DNA from: an uncultured bacterium
GTDB taxonomy: Bacteria; Patescibacteriota; Minisyncoccia; Minisyncoccales; UBA5738
NCBI GenBank assembly: GCA_903847095.1
Contig: CAINCQ010000024.1
Coordinates: 16,628-80,627 of the forward strand
Direction: 5' to 3'
Length of the DNA: 64,000 nucleotides
The position numbers were made by a program, and so were the translations under genes. Shown here one piece after another: positions 47,981-57,246 of the stretch (positions are counted from its first letter, which is position 1; each line of letters opens with the position of its first letter). Below the pieces are notes generated by a model that was not told where the DNA came from, ran no database searches, and worked only from the letters and a program-made list of their open reading frames with translations.

Positions 47981-48052
47981 ATCAAAAAGTCGCTGATCAA
48001 GCGGCTTTTGTTCAGCGTCAGTCATCAAAAAGTCGCTGATCAAGCGGCTTTT
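47981..48052 (+). repeat. Perfect 29-bp direct repeat of a hairpin, 14-bp spacer
   Basis: ATCAAAAAGTCGCTGATCAAGCGGCTTTT at 47981-48009 and 48024-48052. Confidence 0.9.
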
Positions 48053-48106
48053 TGATATAATCAATAATTACTGCGCGTATTTGTTTCTCAAAAGAAAGCG
48101 GGCAAT

Positions 48107-50476
48107 ATGTCAAAAAAAACACCGATGGTCAAACCAAAAAACAAAGAAGAGATTTCTTCTCTTTTTGTCATCCGTAAAAACCTCAGGGATGTTTTGATCC
48201 AGAATACCGTCAATCTCGTCAACGGTATTTTTTTGGCCGTTTCACTTTTATTGTTGGTGTTTGGCGAGGTGCACGAATCCTTGTTTTTGGGCGGTGTTAT
48301 TTTTTTGAATCTTACGATCGGGATCATCCAGGACTTGCGCGCCAAGGTTGCTTTGGAAAAATTACGTATTCTTTTGGCGCCCAAGATCATTCGCATTAAA
48401 AAAGATGGCGGGGAAGAGGAAATAACGTTGAGCCAAGTAGCTAAAAACGATACTTTAAAGATCAGCCTCGGAGACCAGATACCGGCTGACGGGGAAGTGG
48501 TCGAAAGCGGCAATTTGGAGGTTAACGAAGCTTTGATCACGGGCGAATCCAATTATATAAGAAAAAAAGGGGGCGACAGCGTGCTGGCGGGAAGCGTGGT
48601 AATGGCGGGTTATGCCTCGATGCGCGTGGAGAACCGGCCGCGGGACAGTTATGTGAGCTTAATGACCGAAAAATTAAAAAAATACGATCCGAATCCCAGC
48701 CCGATTCAGAAAACCTTGAACTCGTTCGTAAAGTACATGTCTTATGTTCTTTTGATGATCGTTATTTACGTTATCGGCCACGGCCTTACGGTCAACGAAT
48801 TGTTCGTTTCAATGATAAAAGACATCGGCGCCCTCACCGGGACGCTGGTACCCCAGGGACTTATTTTATCGACAACGATGCTCTTCGCTTACGGAGCGTT
48901 GAAGCTGTCGAAAGAACGTGTGTTGATGCAGGAGATCAATGCTTCCGAAAAACTTGGCAGGATAAAAAACCTCTGCATCGATAAAACCGGTACGCTTACG
49001 ATAAGCCGTCCGGTAATGGAAGAGATCATCCTTTATGGCGATAACGATCATTATGCCGTTGAACAGATAGCCATGGGTTACATCAACGCCAATAATGACG
49101 GTTCAGGGATCGCCAGGGCGATTCAGGAAAAAATAAATTCCCCGTTCAACGGTACGGTTATCGATGCGGTGCCGTTTTCCTCGGAAAGGAAGTACGGGGG
49201 AGCGACGTTGAGGATCGGGAAAAAATTCCTGAAAGTCGTGATGGGTGCTCCCGATATCCTGATGGACTCCGTTCAGGATGATAATGAGAGGCGCTGGCTT
49301 AACGAACAGGTAAATTATTACGCTTCAAAAGCAAAACGCCTGCTTCTTCTGGCCGAAGACGCAAGCCAGCCATCGGAACAATCTTCGGGGATTGTCGTTC
49401 TGCGGCCTTTGGCTTTGTTCGTTCTTTCGGACCGTTTGCGGCGGGGTACCGAAAAAATAATCGATTTTTTCCAAAAGAAAGGTGTTCGGATAAGGGTGAT
49501 ATCCGGAGACAACCCTCAAACCGTCAAGGCAGTCGCGGAGCAGGCCGGGATCCAGTATACCGATATGGTGATAACCGGTCCGGAAATGGATTTTTGGGAC
49601 GACGTGCAATATGAAGAAAGGGTTCCGGCTTTCCATTTGTTTGCCCGTATCAAACCCGCTCAAAAAGAAAAGATCGTCAATTTATTGAAAAAATCGGGAT
49701 TTACCGCGATGATCGGCGATGGCGCGAACGATGCCCTAGCCATCAAGAAGGCCGATCTGGGTATTGCCATGTTTGACGGGGCGCAAGCGACCCGAAAGAT
49801 CGCGCAAGTGGTTTTAGTCGACAACAGTTTCGTTGCCTTACCCAAGGGGGTCCATATCGCGGAGGCGATCATTACCAATGTCGAACTTATCGCGAGCATA
49901 TTTTTCAATAAAGTTGTAATGGGGCTTGTTTTGTTTTTAATAATGGCGTTTCTTGGCTATTCTTATCCGCTGTCTCCGAGCAATACTACGATCATAAATT
50001 ATTTCACGGTTTGGTTGCCGATGGTTTATTGGACCATGTTCCTTTCCGTCGGGGAGGAGATGGGCGAAAAAATATCGTTCAAAAAAAAGATCTTGCCGTT
50101 TTCATTGATTAACGGCATAATTATGGCGGGCGCTGCCGCGTTGGTCTTTATGCTGGTGCCGGGCGTTATTAAAAGTTCTGATTCCAATTCTTTGATCGTG
50201 GTTACTCTCGTTGCTCTCGGTTATTGGTTTTTCGTGCTGGCGGCGCTTAATTACGATACGATACCCAACGGGAAACAAGCATCCATGCTCGCGATTCTCG
50301 GGTTAGCGGTAATGGCAGTTATGGCGGCCGCCATTTATGCAACACCCGCGTCGAAATTTTTTGATCTTCAGGTTCCTACCTTAATACAAATGGCCATAAC
50401 GGCCGGCATAATTTTTGTGGCCGGCTTTATGCAATACCTGGTCGCGTCGCGCTGGTTTAAGCACAAACTTTCCTGA
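48107..50476 (+). CDS. P-type cation-transporting ATPase (CtpE-like)
   Basis: ITGES, phosphorylation motif DKTGTLT, FSSERKY, ISGDN, MIGDGANDALA. Confidence 0.93.
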   Translation: MSKKTPMVKPKNKEEISSLFVIRKNLRDVLIQNTVNLVNGIFLAVSLLLLVFGEVHESLFLGGVIFLNLTIGIIQDLRAKVALEKLRILLAPKIIRIKKDGGEEEITLSQVAKNDTLKISLGDQIPADGEVVESGNLEVNEALITGESNYIRKKGGDSVLAGSVVMAGYASMRVENRPRDSYVSLMTEKLKKYDPNPSPIQKTLNSFVKYMSYVLLMIVIYVIGHGLTVNELFVSMIKDIGALTGTLVPQGLILSTTMLFAYGALKLSKERVLMQEINASEKLGRIKNLCIDKTGTLTISRPVMEEIILYGDNDHYAVEQIAMGYINANNDGSGIARAIQEKINSPFNGTVIDAVPFSSERKYGGATLRIGKKFLKVVMGAPDILMDSVQDDNERRWLNEQVNYYASKAKRLLLLAEDASQPSEQSSGIVVLRPLALFVLSDRLRRGTEKIIDFFQKKGVRIRVISGDNPQTVKAVAEQAGIQYTDMVITGPEMDFWDDVQYEERVPAFHLFARIKPAQKEKIVNLLKKSGFTAMIGDGANDALAIKKADLGIAMFDGAQATRKIAQVVLVDNSFVALPKGVHIAEAIITNVELIASIFFNKVVMGLVLFLIMAFLGYSYPLSPSNTTIINYFTVWLPMVYWTMFLSVGEEMGEKISFKKKILPFSLINGIIMAGAAALVFMLVPGVIKSSDSNSLIVVTLVALGYWFFVLAALNYDTIPNGKQASMLAILGLAVMAVMAAAIYATPASKFFDLQVPTLIQMAITAGIIFVAGFMQYLVASRWFKHKLS

Positions 50477-50687
50477 CGGTTTTTGGATTTTTAATGATAC
50501 GGTAAAAAACGCCCTATAAGGCGGTTTTTTTAAAATACCAGTGAAGCAGTTTATAGGACCGCTCTTCTCGCCTTGACTTTTTTTAAAATTGTTGTAATAA
50601 TAATTCCTTGCCAAGCTTTTTGATCGGCAAGGAATCAGAACCTTAAAAACTCTAAAACCCTTAAACTGGGAAGGAGGATTGGTGTGA

Positions 50688-51986
50688 ATGAGTGGAATAG
50701 ATAGAGTGCCGGCCATGGCTTTTTACCATCCGGACGGTTTGGTGGCGGCTTGGAAACAAGCCCGGTCGCCCGCTTTTATGGGAAAGAAAGGAAGGATTGC
50801 CACATTGCCCGATATTGTCGAAGCGCGTCTTGGATCTTATCCGGACGGGGCAGCGTGGAGAAAATATTTTACCACGTTAAGCGCCGAATATATGGGGTTT
50901 GGTTCCAACGGAGGCCGCATTTTGATTGTGGCTCACGGGATCGGTCCGATGGCGACTTTGGACGGGATACTCAAAGCTTATAGCTATGAGTATAACGACA
51001 AAGAAAGAAACCATCGCGGCGGCCGGATCACAGAAGAACAATTCCGGGACCTGGAAATGGGAAAATACGGCGATGTGGAAATCGTTGACCTTGAAGAAAT
51101 ACTGGATTGGTACAAATATCCGTTTTTAGAACAATTGAGTGCCGGAGAAGCATTGTGGGAACCCTTGCTTAGGGCTCGCCTGGGTTGCCATTACGACGAT
51201 TACATCGAGCGGCATGAATCATTCGCCCGCGATTGGCATAAAATTCGGGGACACGAAACGATCATCGATCCGATTCCTGATCCGCAGATCATTAAAATGG
51301 GCGATGCCGCCAATTGCGGATACGCTTATCATTTACCCAAGGACGGATCGGCAATCGCGCATTTGTTGGTGATTGGCGGATTGATGGAGGTAAGTTCCTG
51401 CGGCAACCGTATTCCCGGCCTAATTTGTGATATCAACTGTCATGAGTGGTGGAATGGCGTGCGGCTTGTCGGAGTTAGGAACGGAGCCGAAGTAAAAGCT
51501 ATTCATCCGGGTATCGGCAATACATTCGGTCTGATCAAGCGCCATTGGCGGGCTTTGTTAAAACCCGTAAGAGACCCGCCTGCATCCGGCTTTCATCCAT
51601 TGATAAGGCTGGACAAAGGGGTTTGGTTCACTCAATGCGCCAAAAGGGGCGCCGGTATGGATACTTTTGAACCGGAATTCCCCATTGAGAAATTCGAATG
51701 TTTGGGCCAGCCGGTCAAATTTACCAGCGATACCCTGGGATACTACGGGTTCTATAAATACGACATCAGAGCGCTGATGATTTTGGCGCCGCCGGAAGCG
51801 AATAGCTATTATCTGGTTGGCGAAGCCAAGAACATCTGGGATGACGACGGCCCGGAAAGGCAATATTGCTATGTGCAGTTCTGCCGGTCAAAGATCGATT
51901 ACAGCCAGCGTTTGATCAGGGAAAACCAGCTGGCGAACGATCCGGATCTGATAAAGATCTTATTAGAAGCCGAGGAGGAAGAGTAA
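50688..51986 (+). CDS. Hypothetical protein
   Basis: 432-aa ORF, AAGGAGG SD, TTGACT at 50573. Confidence 0.75.
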   Translation: MSGIDRVPAMAFYHPDGLVAAWKQARSPAFMGKKGRIATLPDIVEARLGSYPDGAAWRKYFTTLSAEYMGFGSNGGRILIVAHGIGPMATLDGILKAYSYEYNDKERNHRGGRITEEQFRDLEMGKYGDVEIVDLEEILDWYKYPFLEQLSAGEALWEPLLRARLGCHYDDYIERHESFARDWHKIRGHETIIDPIPDPQIIKMGDAANCGYAYHLPKDGSAIAHLLVIGGLMEVSSCGNRIPGLICDINCHEWWNGVRLVGVRNGAEVKAIHPGIGNTFGLIKRHWRALLKPVRDPPASGFHPLIRLDKGVWFTQCAKRGAGMDTFEPEFPIEKFECLGQPVKFTSDTLGYYGFYKYDIRALMILAPPEANSYYLVGEAKNIWDDDGPERQYCYVQFCRSKIDYSQRLIRENQLANDPDLIKILLEAEEEE

Positions 51987-52249
51987 TGGCGTTGGTAAAG
52001 GAAGACCTGGCTAACCTGGTATCGGAAGCCGACAAGTCGATGTTTAAAAACTTGGAAAAAAAGATAGACATGGAGTTGCAGATTAAATATTCTCCTGGCG
52101 TATCAGTTACGGTGTCCCTGAAAGGTTCCGAATACAACCAAAGGGTTTTGGACAAAGTGAAAAGAATTTATCAAGATTCCGCACACGGCTGGAAAGTGGA
52201 ATTAGTCAGTGACCAGAGAGAAAGTCAGGATTATCTGATTTTCAGCTGA
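51986..52249 (+). CDS. Small hypothetical protein coupled to the upstream gene
   Basis: TAATG overlap, GAGGAGG SD, terminator at 52260-52286. Confidence 0.7.
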   Translation: MALVKEDLANLVSEADKSMFKNLEKKIDMELQIKYSPGVSVTVSLKGSEYNQRVLDKVKRIYQDSAHGWKVELVSDQRESQDYLIFS

Positions 52250-52354
52250 CGAGGTATTCAGGCTTGGGATAAACCCAAGCTTTTTGTTTGTCCGGCTTGT
52301 GTTTTAATGAAAATAGGTTATTATCTTGGCCAGCACATTCAATCGGTGAGTTAA

Positions 52355-52888
52355 ATGGAAGAAAGCGAGAAATATATCGAGGAAACGATAGGATTGATTC
52401 CGGAAACCGGATGTTCGCGCCAGGTTAGAATATTGCTGAACGCTTTTTTTATCAGGCCGCGAATAAAAAAGCTTTCAAACTACGGTCTTATGGCCGTGGC
52501 GTTCAGCAAGCCAGACCAACACTTACTGTCTTTCTATGAATTATTCGATCGCCTCGCGTCCCAAAAAATCGAGTTTAAAGATCTGTTGATTTTGATGCAG
52601 ACCTTGCGGGAGGTGAGGGAAACCGGAAAGATCTGGTCTATGTATTGTTGTTCAATCGAAGAATTGGATCGTCAGATCAAGACCGGCGATCCGGAAAAAA
52701 TCATCGAGGGAATATCCATAGCTTATAAAGACTATGGCTTATCAAGACGGATCATTGTTCAAATCGAAGGGATTCTGGCCGTAAGGTCCGACGGATTGGA
52801 GATTGGAAAACGGCTGCTTAGCGCCATTCCCGACTTTAACCTGGATTATCTAACGCGAATAAACCAAGCGCGAAAAAATACCGATTGA
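52355..52888 (+). CDS. Hypothetical protein
   Basis: 177-aa ORF, GGTGAG SD, terminator directly after the stop. Confidence 0.6.
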   Translation: MEESEKYIEETIGLIPETGCSRQVRILLNAFFIRPRIKKLSNYGLMAVAFSKPDQHLLSFYELFDRLASQKIEFKDLLILMQTLREVRETGKIWSMYCCSIEELDRQIKTGDPEKIIEGISIAYKDYGLSRRIIVQIEGILAVRSDGLEIGKRLLSAIPDFNLDYLTRINQARKNTD

Positions 52889-53035
52889 CCTAGCCTGAGC
52901 TAGGTTTTTTCTTTCCCGCAAGGCCGGGTTTATGGTAAAATACTGTCGAGAGCGATATTTCTATAAAGCAATTCAACCGCGGTCAAAAGTTTGTTGCCAT
53001 CAATCATAAGGTTAAAAACCAATATTTTATAAATT

Positions 53036-54952
53036 ATGTTTAATAAAAAAGTTTTTTCGCCGATTGCTTGCCTGATTATCGGAGTTATGTTGGTTCCAAA
53101 GATGGCTTTTGCGGTTACGACCGCCGACTTGTTGGCTCAAATCCAGGCTTTGCAGGTCCAGATAACGAAACTTCAGGAACAGCTTACTGCCCAAACCGGT
53201 ATTCCGGCCAAGTGCGCCGGGATAACCTTTGCCCGTGAGCTTAATCTGGGTATTGTCGGTTCCGATGTCGCTTGTTTGCAGGTGCTTCTGAACCAAAACG
53301 CAGCGACGCGGATCGCAGTGTCGGGTCCGGGATCTGTAGGGCTCGAAACGCAGAAATTCGGCAAGCTTACAAAAGCCGCGGTGATAAAGTTCCAAAACAA
53401 ATACGCTTCCGAAATTCTTACTCCCGACGGGTTATCGAGCGGTAACGGTATTGTCTCGGCAAAAACCCGGGCCAAATTGAACGCGATATTGGCTGCGTTA
53501 AAAAAAGACAGCGGTGATGATACTGTCGACAATAATGGGCCGGAAGGGGATCTTTCCGTTTCTTTAAATTCCAGTCCGGCTACGGGAGTCAAAGTTTATG
53601 AAGGCAGTTCCAAAGTGAGCGTTCTGGGGATCAAAGCAGTCGCCGCCGATTCGGATATCCGGATTGTAAGAGTAAAGTTGCAATTCGAGAATGTGAAGCC
53701 CTATAACTATCTTACTAAGGTATATTTATATGAAGGCAGCTCGCTACTTGCTTCTTCGGACTTGAGTAGTTCGACGATGAGTAAGTCCGGGTCGGATTAT
53801 ACCATCATGCTTGACGGTTTTACCGATAAAATAACAAAAGGAAGTTCCAAGATCTTCACGGTCAAGGTGGATGGGAAAGATTCGATAAGCGCGAATTTGC
53901 CTCAGGATATAAAGATCACGGTTCCCGACGGGGGGGTGAGGGGTACCGATGGCGCCGGATTGTCCAAGGTTTCTCCGTCGGATCCCATTTCCCGGACCTG
54001 CAAAGTATACGAGAAGGGTTCCACAACCGATAACGCGAGCTTGGTGGTTTCAAAAAGTTCCGATACGCTTGCGGCGCGAAATGTTTCGGCCGGTTCCGAC
54101 GGGGAAGCAGGGAGGGTGGAATTGTTGATTTTTAACGTCAAAGCCGTTAACGGTTCGGTTGATGTCAATGGAATAAATAATGTAGTATTCGGCGCCGCTA
54201 GCGGGAAAAAAGCGATTTATCCGGAGACCGCGTATCTTTTCGACAGCAATGATGAGGAGATCGCTTCCGCGGAAGTCGGAAGCGATCATAAAGCCGATTT
54301 TTCGGATCTTTCCATCCATATCGGATCCGGTATTAAGGAGATTTACACAATCAAAGCCGATTACGTCGACGTATTGGATTCTTACACATCCGTTGTTACG
54401 GTGTATTCCGGGTCAAATATCGATGCCGATAATTCCGATGGCGATTCACTTTCCAGCAGTGAAAAGACCGGATCGGCGGCTAGCTACGCGGTAACTTTCT
54501 ATGGTGATATGCCGGATTTCAGCATGACCAACGTAACGGCGACAAAAACTCCGAAAACCGATACCGAACCTTCGATCCTTGACGCGACGTTCACGGTCAA
54601 GATTTCGGCTCTCAACAAAGATATTTATATTCCCAAGACAGCCGCTTTCCTCGTCAAAAGGATGAAGGATAACACCACGTCAACCGCTACGACCGACGGC
54701 GTGGAGTCAAGTTACGGGAAGCCCGCCAATGCCGATGAATCGGGCAACTATTACAAGATCGGATCGGATTCGTCGGCAACCTTTACGGTCAATTCCAATT
54801 TCAATACCGAGGGTTGGGGGAAAACCACCAATTATTACGATTTGCGGATCGTTAAAATAGAATGGTTTTCTTATGTTGACAACAAGCTCGTGAAAAGCAC
54901 TAGCGGTGATCTGACGGATACCTTCAAAAGCAAGAAAGTTTTGATGCCATAA
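53036..54952 (+). CDS. Secreted surface protein with peptidoglycan-binding-like domain and Ser/Thr-rich beta domains
   Basis: Signal peptide (AFA), LLAQIQALQ coil, F.R.L..G..G.DV..LQ.LLN...FG.LTKAAV.KFQ. Confidence 0.8.
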   Translation: MFNKKVFSPIACLIIGVMLVPKMAFAVTTADLLAQIQALQVQITKLQEQLTAQTGIPAKCAGITFARELNLGIVGSDVACLQVLLNQNAATRIAVSGPGSVGLETQKFGKLTKAAVIKFQNKYASEILTPDGLSSGNGIVSAKTRAKLNAILAALKKDSGDDTVDNNGPEGDLSVSLNSSPATGVKVYEGSSKVSVLGIKAVAADSDIRIVRVKLQFENVKPYNYLTKVYLYEGSSLLASSDLSSSTMSKSGSDYTIMLDGFTDKITKGSSKIFTVKVDGKDSISANLPQDIKITVPDGGVRGTDGAGLSKVSPSDPISRTCKVYEKGSTTDNASLVVSKSSDTLAARNVSAGSDGEAGRVELLIFNVKAVNGSVDVNGINNVVFGAASGKKAIYPETAYLFDSNDEEIASAEVGSDHKADFSDLSIHIGSGIKEIYTIKADYVDVLDSYTSVVTVYSGSNIDADNSDGDSLSSSEKTGSAASYAVTFYGDMPDFSMTNVTATKTPKTDTEPSILDATFTVKISALNKDIYIPKTAAFLVKRMKDNTTSTATTDGVESSYGKPANADESGNYYKIGSDSSATFTVNSNFNTEGWGKTTNYYDLRIVKIEWFSYVDNKLVKSTSGDLTDTFKSKKVLMP

Positions 54953-55042
54953 CCAAGATTTATCGCTATTTTTTTGCGAACATTCCCTCGCCCAAGGAAG
55001 CGGGGGAATTTGTTAAACGGGACGCATACGGTAAAAAAAATA

Positions 55043-55687
55043 ATGAAAAAAACAAAGCTGATTTGTTTTGACATCGACGGGACGATAATGGAAAACAAAT
55101 CGTCTTTCGCGGCTTTGACTGACGGCCTCGGTTGCGACGTTTTCAAGGTGGTTTCCATATACCAAGCCGTAGTGAAAGAAGAGCTGCCGATTCCGGAGGG
55201 GGAAAAGGCGGTTACCGAAATATACCGGAAAAGCGGAAAAGCCAATAAAAAATTCATCAACCGGGTTTTTGAAGAAATGGAGCTGAAAAAGGACGCGCAG
55301 GAATTACTGCCTTATTTGAAAGAGGAGGGCTGGAAAATTTATCTGGTTTCGGGCGGTATGGATATGTTCGTAAAAATGATCGCTTCCAGGGCTGGTGCTG
55401 ACGGTTATTATTTTAATTCCTCTCTAAAATTCGGCCTGATGGGTGATTTGAAAACGATCCGATACGGCGGGAATGAGGGGCTGGCTAAAGCCCGCCAGAT
55501 CAAGGAATTAGCCAAGAAGCATTCAATGGATATTAAAGAGATGTTTTTCGTCGGAGACAGCGAAAATGATTATCACGCATTCGTCGAGACCGGGCATGGG
55601 ATAGCGGTAAAACCTTTTGACGAAAAACTGGGAACCGTGGCCTGGAAAAAGATCGATTCATTGCTGGAGATAAAAAGTTTTTTATGA
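55043..55687 (+). CDS. HAD-superfamily hydrolase (phosphoserine phosphatase-like)
   Basis: FDIDGT, LVSGG, K, VGDSEND. Confidence 0.88.
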   Translation: MKKTKLICFDIDGTIMENKSSFAALTDGLGCDVFKVVSIYQAVVKEELPIPEGEKAVTEIYRKSGKANKKFINRVFEEMELKKDAQELLPYLKEEGWKIYLVSGGMDMFVKMIASRAGADGYYFNSSLKFGLMGDLKTIRYGGNEGLAKARQIKELAKKHSMDIKEMFFVGDSENDYHAFVETGHGIAVKPFDEKLGTVAWKKIDSLLEIKSFL

Positions 55688-55719
55688 AATCGTATTACAA
55701 TGATTAGAATAAAAAAATA

Positions 55720-56160
55720 ATGAACAATAAACCGAAGGTATTTTTAAAGGAATTTTTGGGCTTCGGTATTTTAATCACGGTTATTTTTGCTACATTGTTA
55801 TTTCTTTTGCTAAGCATCCGTCTGCCCGGAGAATTATACAATATGGTCTATTTGGCTTGTTATCCGTTGATCGCGGTAGTGCTATATTTTTTTGTTAAAA
55901 AATTAAGCCTAACAAGTCGCCGAGCGGTATTTTATCGAGTATTTTTTTGGATGTATTTTTCTATTATTATTTTAGACTCGTTTGTACTTTTGTACTTGCT
56001 TTCTTCCGTAAAAGGAGCTGACGCGGTTTTGACTGCCAAAGACATTCTTATGTTTGTTTCCGGCCCTTTACTGCCAGCAATAATTTATGCAGGGATAATT
56101 TCTTTTTTGGTTTTTCCGCCAACGCGGAAATCCAACGGGCAAACCGACGAAACAAACTAA
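55720..56160 (+). CDS. Hypothetical 4-TM membrane protein
   Basis: Four hydrophobic segments. Confidence 0.7.
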   Translation: MNNKPKVFLKEFLGFGILITVIFATLLFLLLSIRLPGELYNMVYLACYPLIAVVLYFFVKKLSLTSRRAVFYRVFFWMYFSIIILDSFVLLYLLSSVKGADAVLTAKDILMFVSGPLLPAIIYAGIISFLVFPPTRKSNGQTDETN

Positions 56161-56220
56161 AATCCATCTTTACTTTTGACCCAAATCGGGTACAATGAGC
56201 TTGTATTTTAACTTCAGGAT

Positions 56221-57246
56221 ATGGATTTTAAGGAACTCAAATTAGCGGTTGAAAGGGACTTGGGCAGTATTAAAACCCCTCAAGAACTGAGGGATTTTTC
56301 GGTTAAGTATCTCGGAAAAAAAGGAGCGATCCGCGGTTTGTTCGCTAAACTGAAAAATCTTACCGAAGAGGAAAAAAAGAATCTTGGTCAGGAAATAAAC
56401 CGGTTCGCGAAGAATTGCGAAAGCCGGGTCGCGGAACTGGAGAAAGGTTTTTTTGAAAACACCCAAAATGATTCGTTAAAAGACGATACGGAGGAACTTG
56501 ATATCAATCCGCCCAAGATCGGCCATCTGCATCCCATTACGGAAACGATCGACGAAATGAATAAAATATTCCTATCGATGGGATACAGCATTGTCGACGG
56601 TCCGGAAATCGAAACCGATGAATTCTGCTTCCAGCGGCTTAACGTGCCCAGTGATCATCCGGCGCGCGGCATGCAGGATACGATCTATCTTAAAGAACCG
56701 AACATAATGTTAAGGACGCAAATGTCTTCGGTTGAGGCCAGGGTTTTGGCCAATTACCAGCCACCCTTTAAAGTTGTCACGCCCGGACGTGTTTACCGAA
56801 ACGAGAAGGCGAATAAAAGCAATCATTTTATTTTCCATCACTACCAAGGAGTCGTTGTTTTAAAGCGCGCTACTTTAAAAGATCTTTTTTCGACCTTGAA
56901 TCTTATTTTTAAAAAAATGTACGGTTCGGATGTGGTCGTGAGATACCGCAATAAATATTATCCGGAGGTAGAGCCCGGGGTTGGTCCCGACATGCAATGT
57001 TTCCAATGCAAAGGCAAGGGCTGTCCGTTGTGCAAGGGAGTGGGCTGGATAGAGATGGGTGGAGCGGGTATTATCCATCCAAATGTAATGAAAGCGGCCG
57101 AGATCGATACTAAACAATGGATGGGGTTCGCGTTCGGGCTTGGCTTGGATCGCTGGGTGATGGCTAAATACCATATTACCGATATCCGGACCTTGCTTGG
57201 CGGGGATTTGGGATATAAATACAACGAAAATGAAGGCAATTTATAG
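56221..57246 (+). CDS. pheS: Phenylalanine--tRNA ligase alpha subunit (divergent active site)
   Basis: YLGKKG, GHLHPI, HPAR.MQDT, PGRVYR, C..C.G.GC..CKG.GW.E, GFAFGLG.DR. Confidence 0.9.
   Translation: MDFKELKLAVERDLGSIKTPQELRDFSVKYLGKKGAIRGLFAKLKNLTEEEKKNLGQEINRFAKNCESRVAELEKGFFENTQNDSLKDDTEELDINPPKIGHLHPITETIDEMNKIFLSMGYSIVDGPEIETDEFCFQRLNVPSDHPARGMQDTIYLKEPNIMLRTQMSSVEARVLANYQPPFKVVTPGRVYRNEKANKSNHFIFHHYQGVVVLKRATLKDLFSTLNLIFKKMYGSDVVVRYRNKYYPEVEPGVGPDMQCFQCKGKGCPLCKGVGWIEMGGAGIIHPNVMKAAEIDTKQWMGFAFGLGLDRWVMAKYHITDIRTLLGGDLGYKYNENEGNL

Noticed and set aside
47981..48052. 29-bp direct repeat read as a mini-CRISPR
   Set aside because: Only two units with a 14-bp spacer, and the unit is the terminator/promoter hairpin found elsewhere in the window.
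21682..55000. Prophage or IS element in the accessory region
   Set aside because: No recognisable integrase, transposase, terminase, capsid or replication genes.
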